Shown: positions 42,623-54,587 of the stretch, in pieces
How the letters are laid out: the number at the start of each line of letters is the position of its first letter
Position numbering within the stretch: position 1 is the stretch's first letter
Assembly (NCBI RefSeq): GCF_003334405.1
Contig: NZ_QOWM01000005.1
Strand: one strand, 5' to 3'
Source: Escherichia coli
Lineage (GTDB): Bacteria; Pseudomonadota; Gammaproteobacteria; Enterobacterales; Enterobacteriaceae
DNA: 64,000 bases
Notes under the pieces: generated by a model
Told to the model about the DNA's origin: nothing
The model's database searches: none
The model's input: only the letters and a program-made list of their open reading frames with translations
Translations under genes and position numbers: made by a program

Positions 42623-43513
42623 ATGAGCCAGTCAGAGTTTGATTCAGCGCTTCCGAACGGTATAGGGTTAGCGCCTTACCTGCGAATGAAGCAGGAAGGA
42701 ATGACAGAAAATGAAAGCCGCATCGTGGAGTGGTTACTCAAACCCGGTAACCTGAGTTGTGCACCCGCAATTAAAGATGTCGCAGAAGCTCTGGCGGTAT
42801 CTGAAGCGATGATAGTTAAGGTATCAAAGCTGCTGGGGTTTAGCGGCTTTCGTAACTTACGCAGTGCGCTGGAAGATTATTTTTCTCAGTCAGAACAGGT
42901 ATTGCCTTCCGAGTTGGCTTTTGATGAAGCGCCGCAGGATGTGGTGAATAAGGTATTTAACATCACTTTACGCACCATTATGGAAGGTCAGTCGATCGTC
43001 AACGTTGATGAGATCCACCGTGCCGCCCGCTTTTTCTATCAGGCCAGACAGCGGGATTTGTACGGTGCCGGAGGATCAAATGCTATCTGTGCTGATGTAC
43101 AGCACAAGTTCTTGCGCATTGGCGTACGCTGTCAGGCCTATCCTGATGCTCACATCATGATGATGTCCGCTTCGTTGTTACAGGAAGGAGATGTTGTGCT
43201 GGTAGTGACCCATTCCGGGCGAACCAGTGATGTAAAAGCGGCCGTAGAACTGGCAAAAAAGAACGGGGCAAAGATTATTTGTATAACCCATAGCTACCAT
43301 TCACCGATAGCGAAACTGGCCGATTATATTATTTGCTCACCAGCCCCGGAAACGCCGTTATTAGGTCGTAATGCCTCGGCAAGAATATTACAACTAACTT
43401 TGCTGGACGCTTTTTTTGTCTCTGTCGCCCAGCTCAACATTGAACAAGCTAATATTAATATGCAAAAAACCGGCGCAATTGTTGATTTCTTCTCACCAGG
43501 CGCGCTGAAATAA
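42623..43513 (+). CDS. rpiR: RpiR/AlsR transcriptional repressor, HTH plus SIS domain (296 aa)
   Basis: Translation from MSQSEFDSALPNGIGLAPYLRMK; start at internal ATG 42623. Confidence 0.9.
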   Translation: MSQSEFDSALPNGIGLAPYLRMKQEGMTENESRIVEWLLKPGNLSCAPAIKDVAEALAVSEAMIVKVSKLLGFSGFRNLRSALEDYFSQSEQVLPSELAFDEAPQDVVNKVFNITLRTIMEGQSIVNVDEIHRAARFFYQARQRDLYGAGGSNAICADVQHKFLRIGVRCQAYPDAHIMMMSASLLQEGDVVLVVTHSGRTSDVKAAVELAKKNGAKIICITHSYHSPIAKLADYIICSPAPETPLLGRNASARILQLTLLDAFFVSVAQLNIEQANINMQKTGAIVDFFSPGALK

Positions 43514-43571
43514 GAAAAAGGTAATTCCGCCATCGCGGAGTTACCTGTCCCCTTACCGTGAGAACATTATT

Positions 43572-44507
43572 ATGAATAAATATCTGAAATATTTCAGCGG
43601 CACACTCGTGGGCTTAATGTTGTCAACCAGCGCTTTTGCTGCCGCCGAATATGCTGTCGTATTGAAAACCCTCTCCAACCCATTTTGGGTAGATATGAAA
43701 AAAGGCATTGAAGATGAAGCAAAAACACTGGGCGTCAGCGTTGATATTTTTGCCTCTCCTTCAGAAGGCGATTTTCAATCTCAATTGCAGTTATTTGAAG
43801 ATCTCAGTAATAAAAATTACAAAGGTATCGCCTTCGCTCCATTATCCTCAGTGAATCTGGTCATGCCTGTCGCCCGCGCATGGAAAAAAGGCATTTATCT
43901 GGTTAATCTCGATGAAAAAATCGACATGGATAATCTGAAAAAAGCTGGCGGCAATGTGGAAGCTTTTGTCACCACCGATAACGTTGCTGTCGGGGCGAAA
44001 GGCGCGTCGTTCATTATTGACAAATTGGGCGCTGAAGGTGGTGAAGTCGCAATCATTGAGGGTAAAGCCGGTAACGCCTCCGGTGAAGCGCGTCGTAATG
44101 GTGCCACCGAAGCCTTCAAAAAAGCAAGCCAGATCAAGCTTGTCGCCAGCCAGCCTGCCGACTGGGACCGCATTAAAGCACTGGATGTCGCCACTAACGT
44201 GTTGCAACGTAATCCGAATATTAAAGCGATCTATTGCGCGAATGACACGATGGCAATGGGTGTTGCTCAGGCAGTCGCAAACGCCGGAAAAACGGGAAAA
44301 GTGCTGGTCGTCGGTACAGATGGCATTCCGGAAGCCCGCAAAATGGTGGAAGCCGGACAAATGACCGCGACGGTTGCCCAGAACCCGGCGGATATCGGCG
44401 CAACGGGTCTGAAGCTGATGGTTGACGCTGAGAAATCCGGCAAGGTTATCCCGCTGGATAAAGCACCGGAATTTAAACTGGTCGATTCAATCCTGGTCAC
44501 TCAATAA
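43572..44507 (+). CDS. alsB: D-allose ABC transporter periplasmic binding protein AlsB (311 aa)
   Basis: Signal peptide plus sugar-binding protein fold; context. Confidence 0.95.
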   Translation: MNKYLKYFSGTLVGLMLSTSAFAAAEYAVVLKTLSNPFWVDMKKGIEDEAKTLGVSVDIFASPSEGDFQSQLQLFEDLSNKNYKGIAFAPLSSVNLVMPVARAWKKGIYLVNLDEKIDMDNLKKAGGNVEAFVTTDNVAVGAKGASFIIDKLGAEGGEVAIIEGKAGNASGEARRNGATEAFKKASQIKLVASQPADWDRIKALDVATNVLQRNPNIKAIYCANDTMAMGVAQAVANAGKTGKVLVVGTDGIPEARKMVEAGQMTATVAQNPADIGATGLKLMVDAEKSGKVIPLDKAPEFKLVDSILVTQ

Positions 44508-44515
44508 AACTGAAT

Positions 44516-44600
44516 GATGCCGGATGATGATGCTAATGAAGTGTCTTATCCGGCCAACAAAATAACCTGAACGTAGACCTGATAAATGTAGCCATCAGGC
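44516..44600. repeat. REP-type palindromes between alsB and alsA
   Basis: gatgccggatga...gtcttatccggcc and cctgataaatgtagccatcagg. Confidence 0.7.
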
Positions 44601-44633
44601 AATAATACGATATTTCGTGCAGAGAGGTTATTT

Positions 44634-46166
44634 ATGGCCACGCCATATATATCGATGGCGGGGATCGGCAAGTCCTTTGGTCCGGTTCACGCATTAAAGT
44701 CGGTTAATTTAACGGTTTATCCTGGTGAAATACATGCATTACTAGGAGAAAATGGCGCGGGTAAATCCACGCTAATGAAAGTTTTATCCGGAATACATGA
44801 GCCGACCAAAGGCACCATTACCATTAATAACATTAGCTATAACAAGCTGGATCATAAATTAGCGGCACAACTCGGTATCGGGATTATTTATCAGGAACTC
44901 AGCGTTATTGATGAATTAACCGTACTGGAAAATTTATATATTGGTCGTCATCTGACGAAAAAAATCTGTGGCGTCAATATTATCGACTGGCGAGAAATGC
45001 GTGTCCGCGCCGCCATGATGTTATTACGCGTGGGCTTGAAAGTTGATCTAGATGAGAAAGTGGCGAATTTATCTATCAGCCACAAGCAGATGCTAGAAAT
45101 TGCCAAAACGCTGATGCTCGATGCCAAAGTCATCATCATGGATGAACCCACCTCCTCACTCACCAATAAAGAGGTGGACTATCTGTTTCTGATCATGAAT
45201 CAGTTGCGTAAAGAGGGTACGGCCATCGTCTATATCTCGCATAAGTTGGCGGAAATTCGCCGTATTTGCGACCGCTATACGGTGATGAAAGACGGCAGCA
45301 GCGTTTGCAGCGGCATAGTAAGCGATGTGTCAAATGACGATATCGTCCGTCTGATGGTAGGCCGCGAACTGCAAAACCGTTTTAACGCGATGAAGGAGAA
45401 TGTCAGCAACCTTGCGCACGAAACGGTTTTTGAGGTGCGGAACGTCACCAGTCGTGACAGAAAAAAGGTCCGGGATATCTCATTTAGCGTCTGCCGGGGA
45501 GAAATATTAGGCTTTGCCGGACTGGTCGGTTCCGGACGTACTGAACTGATGAATTGTCTGTTTGGCGTGGATAAACGCGCTGGCGGAGAAATCCGTCTTA
45601 ATGGCAAAGATATCTCTCCACGTTCACCCCTGGATGCCGTGAAAAAAGGGATGGCTTACATCACTGAAAGCCGCCGGGATAACGGTTTTTTCCCCAACTT
45701 TTCCATCGCTCAGAACATGGCGATCAGCCGCAGTCTGAAAGACGGCGGCTATAAAGGCGCGATGGGCTTGTTTCATGAAGTTGACGAGCAACGTACCGCT
45801 GAAAATCAACGCGAACTGCTGGCGCTGAAATGTCATTCGGTAAACCAGAATATCACCGAACTCTCCGGGGGAAATCAGCAGAAAGTCCTGATCTCCAAAT
45901 GGCTGTGCTGTTGCCCGGAAGTGATTATTTTCGATGAACCTACCCGCGGCATCGACGTTGGCGCGAAAGCCGAAATTTACAAAGTGATGCGCCAACTGGC
46001 GGACGACGGAAAAGTCATCCTGATGGTGTCATCTGAACTACCTGAAATTATCACCGTCTGCGACCGCATCGCCGTGTTCTGCGAAGGACGACTGACGCAA
46101 ATCCTGACGAATCGCGATGACATGAGCGAAGAGGAGATTATGGCATGGGCTTTACCACAAGAGTAA
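44634..46166 (+). CDS. alsA: D-allose ABC transporter ATP-binding protein AlsA, duplicated ABC domains (510 aa)
   Basis: Walker A GENGAGKST in the first half, LSGGNQQK signature in the second half. Confidence 0.95.
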   Translation: MATPYISMAGIGKSFGPVHALKSVNLTVYPGEIHALLGENGAGKSTLMKVLSGIHEPTKGTITINNISYNKLDHKLAAQLGIGIIYQELSVIDELTVLENLYIGRHLTKKICGVNIIDWREMRVRAAMMLLRVGLKVDLDEKVANLSISHKQMLEIAKTLMLDAKVIIMDEPTSSLTNKEVDYLFLIMNQLRKEGTAIVYISHKLAEIRRICDRYTVMKDGSSVCSGIVSDVSNDDIVRLMVGRELQNRFNAMKENVSNLAHETVFEVRNVTSRDRKKVRDISFSVCRGEILGFAGLVGSGRTELMNCLFGVDKRAGGEIRLNGKDISPRSPLDAVKKGMAYITESRRDNGFFPNFSIAQNMAISRSLKDGGYKGAMGLFHEVDEQRTAENQRELLALKCHSVNQNITELSGGNQQKVLISKWLCCCPEVIIFDEPTRGIDVGAKAEIYKVMRQLADDGKVILMVSSELPEIITVCDRIAVFCEGRLTQILTNRDDMSEEEIMAWALPQE

Positions 46167-47125
46167 AAAGCGAAGCGAGCGAGAAGAAACCGTTCAACTT
46201 TGCGCTGTTCTGGGATAAATACGGCACCTTTTTTATCCTGGCGATCATCGTCGCCATCTTTGGTTCGCTGTCACCAGAATATTTTCTGACCACCAATAAT
46301 ATTACCCAGATTTTTGTTCAAAGCTCCGTGACGGTATTGATCGGCATGGGCGAGTTTTTCGCTATCCTGGTCGCTGGTATCGACCTCTCGGTTGGCGCGA
46401 TTCTGGCGCTTTCCGGTATGGTGACCGCCAAACTGATGTTGGCAGGTGTTGACCCGTTTCTCGCAGCGATGATTGGCGGTGTACTGGTTGGCGGCGCACT
46501 GGGGGCGATCAACGGCTGCCTGGTCAACTGGACGGGGCTACACCCGTTCATCATCACCCTTGGCACCAACGCGATTTTCCGTGGGATCACGCTGGTGATC
46601 TCCGATGCCAACTCGGTATACGGCTTCTCATTTGACTTCGTGAACTTCTTTGCCGCCAGCGTAATTGGGATACCTGTCCCCGTTATCTTCTCACTAATTG
46701 TCGCGCTCATCCTTTGGTTTCTGACAACGCGTATGCGGCTCGGGCGCAACATCTACGCACTGGGCGGCAACAAAAATTCGGCGTTCTATTCCGGGATTGA
46801 CGTGAAATTCCACATCCTGGTGGTGTTTATCATCTCCGGTGTTTGTGCAGGTCTGGCAGGCGTCGTCTCAACTGCACGACTCGGTGCCGCAGAACCGCTT
46901 GCCGGTATGGGTTTTGAAACCTATGCCATTGCCAGCGCCATCATTGGCGGCACCAGTTTCTTCGGCGGCAAGGGGCGCATTTTCTCTGTGGTGATTGGCG
47001 GGTTGATCATCGGCACCATCAACAACGGTCTGAATATTTTGCAGGTACAAACCTATTACCAACTGGTGGTGATGGGCGGATTAATTATCGCGGCTGTCGC
47101 CCTTGACCGTCTTATCAGTAAGTAA
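46145..47125 (+). CDS. alsC: D-allose ABC transporter permease AlsC (326 aa)
   Basis: Polytopic permease; overlaps the alsA end by 22 bp. Confidence 0.95.
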   Translation: MGFTTRVKSEASEKKPFNFALFWDKYGTFFILAIIVAIFGSLSPEYFLTTNNITQIFVQSSVTVLIGMGEFFAILVAGIDLSVGAILALSGMVTAKLMLAGVDPFLAAMIGGVLVGGALGAINGCLVNWTGLHPFIITLGTNAIFRGITLVISDANSVYGFSFDFVNFFAASVIGIPVPVIFSLIVALILWFLTTRMRLGRNIYALGGNKNSAFYSGIDVKFHILVVFIISGVCAGLAGVVSTARLGAAEPLAGMGFETYAIASAIIGGTSFFGGKGRIFSVVIGGLIIGTINNGLNILQVQTYYQLVVMGGLIIAAVALDRLISK

Positions 47126-47135
47126 GGAATTGAAC

Positions 47136-48744
<1,609 letters not shown>

Positions 48745-49016
48745 GTAAAACGTTGGCACAGTAGCGCAATGTCCCGCTGTGCCAACGACAGGTACAATAT
48801 ATATAATAAACACATAAAACGACTCATATTATTTTCTGCAATGATAGTTTTACTGTAATTTTCCCTCTTCAGCACAAATGCCTAATAAAATGGCGCGTTC
48901 CGCTCACACTTCCACTTATTAAAGTCGCAATTTCCCAATTATGATAACGCCAGCTTTAAATGACGTATTTTGCATGGATTACATATTTACGACATAAATG
49001 ATAAATGGAGATTTAT

Positions 49017-51002
49017 ATGAATAACTCTCGGTTATTCCGTTTGAGCAGGATTGTTATTGCGTTAACTGCCGCCAGCGGCATGATGGTAAATACCGCTAAC
49101 GCGAAAGAGGAAGCGAAAGCCGCCACTCAATATACCCAACAGGTTAATCAGAATTACGCCAAATCATTACCGTTTAGCGATCGTCAGGATTTTGACGATG
49201 CCCAGCGTGGATTTATCGCCCCGCTGCTGGATGAAGGTATTCTGCGTGATGCGAACGGTAAAGTTTACTACCGCGCGGACGATTACAAATTTGATATTAA
49301 TGCCGCAGCGCCGGAAACCGTAAACCCCAGCCTGTGGCGTCAGTCGCAAATCAACGGTATTTCTGGCCTGTTCAAAGTCACCGATAAAATGTATCAGGTG
49401 CGCGGCCAGGATATCTCTAACATTACGTTCGTTGAGGGCGAGAAAGGCATTATTGTTATCGACCCGCTGGTGACGCCGCCTGCCGCAAAAGCCGCACTTG
49501 ACCTTTACTTCCAGCATCGTCCGCAAAAACCGATTGTTGCCGTTATCTACACTCACAGCCACACCGACCACTATGGTGGCGTGAAAGGCATTATCTCTGA
49601 AGCCGATGTTAAATCCGGCAAAGTTCAGGTGATTGCCCCTGCAGGCTTTATGGACGAAGCCATCAGCGAAAACGTGCTGGCGGGTAACATCATGAGCCGC
49701 CGTGCGCTCTACTCTTACGGTCTGTTACTGCCGCACAACGCGCAAGGCAATGTGGGTAATGGCCTTGGCGTGACGCTGGCAACGGGCGACCCGAGCATTA
49801 TTGCACCGACGAAAACTATCGTCAGAACTGGCGAGAAGATGATTATCGACGGCCTGGAGTTTGACTTCCTGATGACCCCAGGTAGCGAAGCGCCAGCCGA
49901 AATGCACTTCTATATTCCGGCCCTGAAAGCCCTGTGTACCGCCGAGAACGCCACGCATACCCTGCACAACTTCTACACTCTGCGCGGCGCGAAAACCCGC
50001 GACACCAGCAAGTGGACCGAGTATCTGAACGAAACGCTGGATATGTGGGGTAACGACGCGGAAGTGCTGTTTATGCCGCACACCTGGCCGGTCTGGGGCA
50101 ATAAGCATATCAATGATTATATTGGTAAATACCGCGATACCATCAAGTACATTCACGACCAGACCCTGCACCTGGCGAACCAGGGCTACACCATGAATGA
50201 AATCGGCGACATGATTAAGCTGCCGCCTGCACTTGCCAATAACTGGGCCAGCCGCGGCTATTACGGTTCTGTCAGCCACAACGCCCGCGCGGTGTATAAC
50301 TTCTATCTTGGCTATTACGACGGTAACCCGGCTAACCTGCATCCGTATGGTCAGGTGGAGATGGGTAAACGTTACGTGCAGGCGCTGGGCGGTTCTGCCC
50401 GTGTCATCAACCTGGCGCAAGAAGCGAACAAGCAAGGTGATTACCGCTGGTCGGCAGAACTGCTGAAACAGGTGATTGCCGCCAACCCGGGTGACCAGGT
50501 CGCGAAGAATCTGCAAGCGAATAACTTTGAACAGCTGGGCTATCAGGCCGAGTCCGCCACATGGCGCGGTTTCTACCTGACCGGCGCGAAAGAGCTGCGC
50601 GAAGGGGTGCATAAGTTCAGCCACGGCACCACCGGTTCCCCGGACACCATTCGCGGGATGTCGGTCGAAATGCTGTTCGACTTTATGGCCGTTCGCCTCG
50701 ATAGCGCGAAAGCTGCGGGTAAAAATATCAGCCTGAACTTCAATATGAGCAACGGCGATAACCTCAACCTGACGCTGAACGATAGCGTGCTTAACTACCG
50801 GAAAACGCTGCAACCGCAAGCCGACGCCTCTTTCTACATCAGCCGTGAAGATCTGCACGCCGTGCTGACCGGACAAGCCAAAATGGCGGATCTGGTAAAA
50901 GCGAAGAAAGCCAAAATTATTGGCAATGGCGCGAAACTGGAAGAAATTATCGCCTGTCTGGATAATTTCGATTTGTGGGTGAATATCGTAACCCCAAATT
51001 AA
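49017..51002 (+). CDS. yjcS: YjcS, secreted metallo-beta-lactamase-fold alkyl/aryl-sulfatase-like protein (661 aa)
   Basis: Signal peptide, HxHxDH motif ([11 protein letters not shown]), C-terminal SCP2-like region; start chosen at MNNSRLF. Confidence 0.88.
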
Positions 51003-51011
51003 TGTCACTCG

Positions 51012-51050
51012 CTTTTGGGGGCGCTGAAGCCCCCAAAAGTATTTATTTTA
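51012..51050 (+). terminator. Rho-independent terminator after yjcS
   Basis: cttttggggg-cgctgaa-cccccaaaag hairpin followed by tatttatttt. Confidence 0.8.
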
Positions 51051-51210
51051 AAAATATATACAGCCAATTAATAAATAAAATATATAAGTTATGAATGCGG
51101 TGGCTGAATAAAGCTATTTTTATTCATCAAGAAAATAGCCATACTGACGCCTTCAATGGATATTGATATTCACTACAGATATTGTTCGCAGCAGACAGGA
51201 TGTATTTAAT

Positions 51211-51486
51211 ATGCCAACAGTTCTCTCTCGCATGGCGATGCAACTCAAAAAAACAGCCTGGATAATTCCCGTCTTCATGGTTTCGGGATGCTCATTATCT
51301 CCGGCAATCCCGGTGATCGGCGCTTATTATCCCAGCTGGTTTTTCTGCGCCATTGCCAGCCTTATTTTGACGCTCATCACGAGGCGAGTTATTCAGCGGG
51401 CAAATATCAATCTGGCATTTGTCGGAATTATTTATACCGCCCTTTTTGCTCTCTACGCCATGCTGTTCTGGCTGGCATTTTTCTAA
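51211..51486 (+). CDS. ytcA: Small lipoprotein YtcA (91 aa) preceding mdtNOP
   Basis: Translation from MPTVLSRMAMQLKKTAWIIPVFMVSGCSL (lipobox VSGC) then a hydrophobic segment; start at internal ATG 51211. Confidence 0.75.
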   Translation: MPTVLSRMAMQLKKTAWIIPVFMVSGCSLSPAIPVIGAYYPSWFFCAIASLILTLITRRVIQRANINLAFVGIIYTALFALYAMLFWLAFF

Positions 51487-51504
51487 TCTATTTGAGACGC
51501 GCTC

Positions 51505-52536
51505 ATGGAAAGTACGCCGAAAAAAGCTCCTCGCAGTAAATTCCCTGCTCTGTTAGTGGTTGCGTTGGCGCTGGTTGCCCTTGTTTTCGTTATCTGGCGC
51601 GTAGACAGTGCGCCATCAACTAATGACGCTTACGCGTCAGCAGATACCATTGATGTGGTACCGGAAGTCAGCGGCCGCATTGTAGAACTGGCGGTCACCG
51701 ACAACCAGGCAGTCAAACAGGGCGATTTGCTGTTCCGCATCGACCCGCGCCCGTACGAAGCCAATCTGGCGAAAGCTGAAGCCTCCCTCGCGGCGCTGGA
51801 TAAGCAAATTATGCTCACCCAGCGTAGCGTTGACGCGCAACAGTTTGGTGCCGACTCGGTTAATGCCACGGTAGAAAAAGCCCGTGCCGCCGCGAAACAG
51901 GCCACAGATACATTACGCCGCACCGAGCCATTACTGAAAGAAGGTTTTGTCTCAGCGGAAGATGTTGACCGTGCAAGAACGGCGCAGCGCGCCGCAGAAG
52001 CGGATCTTAATGCCGTATTGTTACAGGCGCAGTCAGCCGCCAGCGCCGTCAGCGGCGTGGATGCATTAGTTGCCCAGCGTGCGGCGGTCGAAGCGGATAT
52101 TGCCCTGACCAAACTGCATCTGGAAATGGCGACCGTTCGCGCGCCGTTTGATGGCCGGGTCATTTCCCTCAAAACCTCCGTCGGGCAATTTGCTTCTGCC
52201 ATGCGCCCTATTTTTACCCTAATCGACACTCGTCACTGGTATGTGATCGCCAACTTCCGCGAAACCGATCTGAAAAATATTCGCTCAGGTACACCCGCAA
52301 CGATTCGCCTGATGAGTGACAGCGGCAAAACCTTCGAGGGTAAAGTGGATTCGATTGGCTACGGCGTGCTACCGGATGACGGCGGCCTGGTGCTGGGCGG
52401 CCTGCCGAAAGTGTCTCGTTCTATTAACTGGGTCCGCGTTGCCCAGCGTTTTCCGGTCAAAATCATGGTCGATAAACCTGACCCGGAAATGTTCCGCATC
52501 GGCGCTTCGGCAGTCGCTAATCTTGAGCCGCAATAA
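51505..52536 (+). CDS. mdtN: Multidrug efflux membrane-fusion protein MdtN (343 aa, HlyD family)
   Basis: N-terminal TM anchor plus HlyD-like periplasmic domain; context. Confidence 0.93.
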   Translation: MESTPKKAPRSKFPALLVVALALVALVFVIWRVDSAPSTNDAYASADTIDVVPEVSGRIVELAVTDNQAVKQGDLLFRIDPRPYEANLAKAEASLAALDKQIMLTQRSVDAQQFGADSVNATVEKARAAAKQATDTLRRTEPLLKEGFVSAEDVDRARTAQRAAEADLNAVLLQAQSAASAVSGVDALVAQRAAVEADIALTKLHLEMATVRAPFDGRVISLKTSVGQFASAMRPIFTLIDTRHWYVIANFRETDLKNIRSGTPATIRLMSDSGKTFEGKVDSIGYGVLPDDGGLVLGGLPKVSRSINWVRVAQRFPVKIMVDKPDPEMFRIGASAVANLEPQ

Positions 52537-54587
52537 TGAGCGCGCTCAACTCCCTGCCATTACCGGTGGTCAGGCTGCTGGCGTTCTTTCATGAAGAGTT
52601 AAGCGAGCGGCGACCAGGTCGCGTGCCGCAGACCGTGCAACTCTGGGTAGGCTGCCTGCTGGTGATTCTGATCTCGATGACCTTTGAGATCCCTTTTGTG
52701 GCGTTATCGCTGGCAGTGCTGTTTTACGGTATTCAGTCGAACGCGTTTTACACCAAATTTGTCGCGATCTTGTTTGTGGTTGCCACGGTGCTGGAGATCG
52801 GCAGCCTGTTTTTGATCTACAAATGGTCATACGGCGAACCGTTGATCCGATTGATCATCGCCGGACCGATCCTGATGGGCTGCATGTTTTTGATGCGCAC
52901 CCATCGCTTGGGGCTGGTCTTTTTCGCCGTCGCCATTGTCGCTATTTACGGGCAAACCTTCCCCGCCATGCTCGACTATCCGGAAGTGGTCGTGCGCTTA
53001 ACGCTGTGGTGTATCGTTGTTGGCCTCTATCCAACCTTGCTGATGACGTTAATCGGCGTGCTGTGGTTTCCCAGTCGTGCCATTTCGCAAATGCATCAGG
53101 CGCTTAATGATCGGCTTGATGATGCCATTAGTCACCTGACAGACAGCCTCGCACCGCTACCCGAAACGCGGATTGAAAGAGAGGCGCTGGCGCTACAAAA
53201 ACTCAATGTCTTTTGCCTCGCGGACGATGCCAACTGGCGAACTCAAAACGCATGGTGGCAAAGCTGCGTGGCAACGGTAACCTACATTTACTCGACGCTG
53301 AATCGCTACGATCCCACCTCTTTTGCTGATTCTCAGGCAATTATTGAATTCCGACAAAAATTAGCTTCAGAAATCAACAAGCTGCAGCATGCCGTTGCTG
53401 AAGGTCAGTGCTGGCAAAGCGACTGGCGGATCAGTGAAAGTGAAGCGATGGCGGCACGGGAATGTAACCTGGAGAATATCTGCCAGACGTTGTTACAACT
53501 GGGTCAGATGGACCCGAATACGCCGCCAACGCCCGCAGCCAAACCGCCATCAATGGCCGCCGATGCTTTTACCAATCCAGACTATATGCGCTACGCGGTA
53601 AAAACGCTGCTCGCCTGTTTGATCTGTTACACCTTTTACAGCGGCGTGGACTGGGAAGGCATTCACACCTGTATGCTGACATGCGTGATCGTCGCTAACC
53701 CAAATGTCGGTTCGTCGTACCAGAAGATGGTGCTGCGTTTTGGCGGGGCCTTTTGCGGCGCGATTCTGGCGCTGTTATTCACGCTACTGGTCATGCCCTG
53801 GCTGGACAATATTGTCGAATTGCTGTTTGTGCTGGCACCGATTTTCCTGTTGGGCGCATGGATTGCCACCAGCTCTGAACGCTCTTCTTATATCGGCACA
53901 CAGATGGTGGTCACCTTCGCGCTCGCCACGCTCGAAAACGTTTTTGGCCCAGTGTACGACCTGGTGGAAATTCGCGATCGCGCCCTGGGTATCATCATTG
54001 GTACCGTGGTGTCCGCGGTGATTTACACCTTTGTCTGGCCTGAAAGTGAAGCGCGCACACTGCCGCAAAAACTGGCTGGCACGCTGGGTATGTTAAGTAA
54101 AGTAATGCGGATCCCACGCCAGCAGGAAGTCACGGCTCTGCGCACTTATCTGCAAATTCGTATCGGTCTGCATGCGGCGTTTAATGCCTGTGAAGAGATG
54201 TGCCAACGCGTGGCGCTGGAGCGTCAACTGGACAGCGAAGAACGCGCATTACTGATTGAACGTTCGCAAACGGTTATTCGTCAGGGCCGCGATCTTCTTC
54301 ACGCCTGGGATGCCACCTGGAACTCGGCGCAGGCGCTGGATAACGCACTACAGCCGGACAGAGCAGGTCAGTTTGCCGACGCCCTGGAGAAATACGCTGC
54401 CGGTCTGGCAACCGCACTCAGCCGTTCTCCTCAAATAACGCTTGAAGAGACACCCGCCTCTCAGGCCATCCTGCCCACCTTATTAAAACAGGAGCAACAC
54501 GTCTGCCAGCTTTTCGCCCGCTTGCCAGACTGGACAGCCCCGGCATTAACGCCCGCCACGGAACAGGCACAAGGAGCCACGCAATGA
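52536..54587 (+). CDS. mdtO: Efflux inner-membrane component MdtO (683 aa)
   Basis: Two hydrophobic blocks separated by a soluble region; start shares a base with the mdtN stop. Confidence 0.93.
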   Translation: MSALNSLPLPVVRLLAFFHEELSERRPGRVPQTVQLWVGCLLVILISMTFEIPFVALSLAVLFYGIQSNAFYTKFVAILFVVATVLEIGSLFLIYKWSYGEPLIRLIIAGPILMGCMFLMRTHRLGLVFFAVAIVAIYGQTFPAMLDYPEVVVRLTLWCIVVGLYPTLLMTLIGVLWFPSRAISQMHQALNDRLDDAISHLTDSLAPLPETRIEREALALQKLNVFCLADDANWRTQNAWWQSCVATVTYIYSTLNRYDPTSFADSQAIIEFRQKLASEINKLQHAVAEGQCWQSDWRISESEAMAARECNLENICQTLLQLGQMDPNTPPTPAAKPPSMAADAFTNPDYMRYAVKTLLACLICYTFYSGVDWEGIHTCMLTCVIVANPNVGSSYQKMVLRFGGAFCGAILALLFTLLVMPWLDNIVELLFVLAPIFLLGAWIATSSERSSYIGTQMVVTFALATLENVFGPVYDLVEIRDRALGIIIGTVVSAVIYTFVWPESEARTLPQKLAGTLGMLSKVMRIPRQQEVTALRTYLQIRIGLHAAFNACEEMCQRVALERQLDSEERALLIERSQTVIRQGRDLLHAWDATWNSAQALDNALQPDRAGQFADALEKYAAGLATALSRSPQITLEETPASQAILPTLLKQEQHVCQLFARLPDWTAPALTPATEQAQGATQ

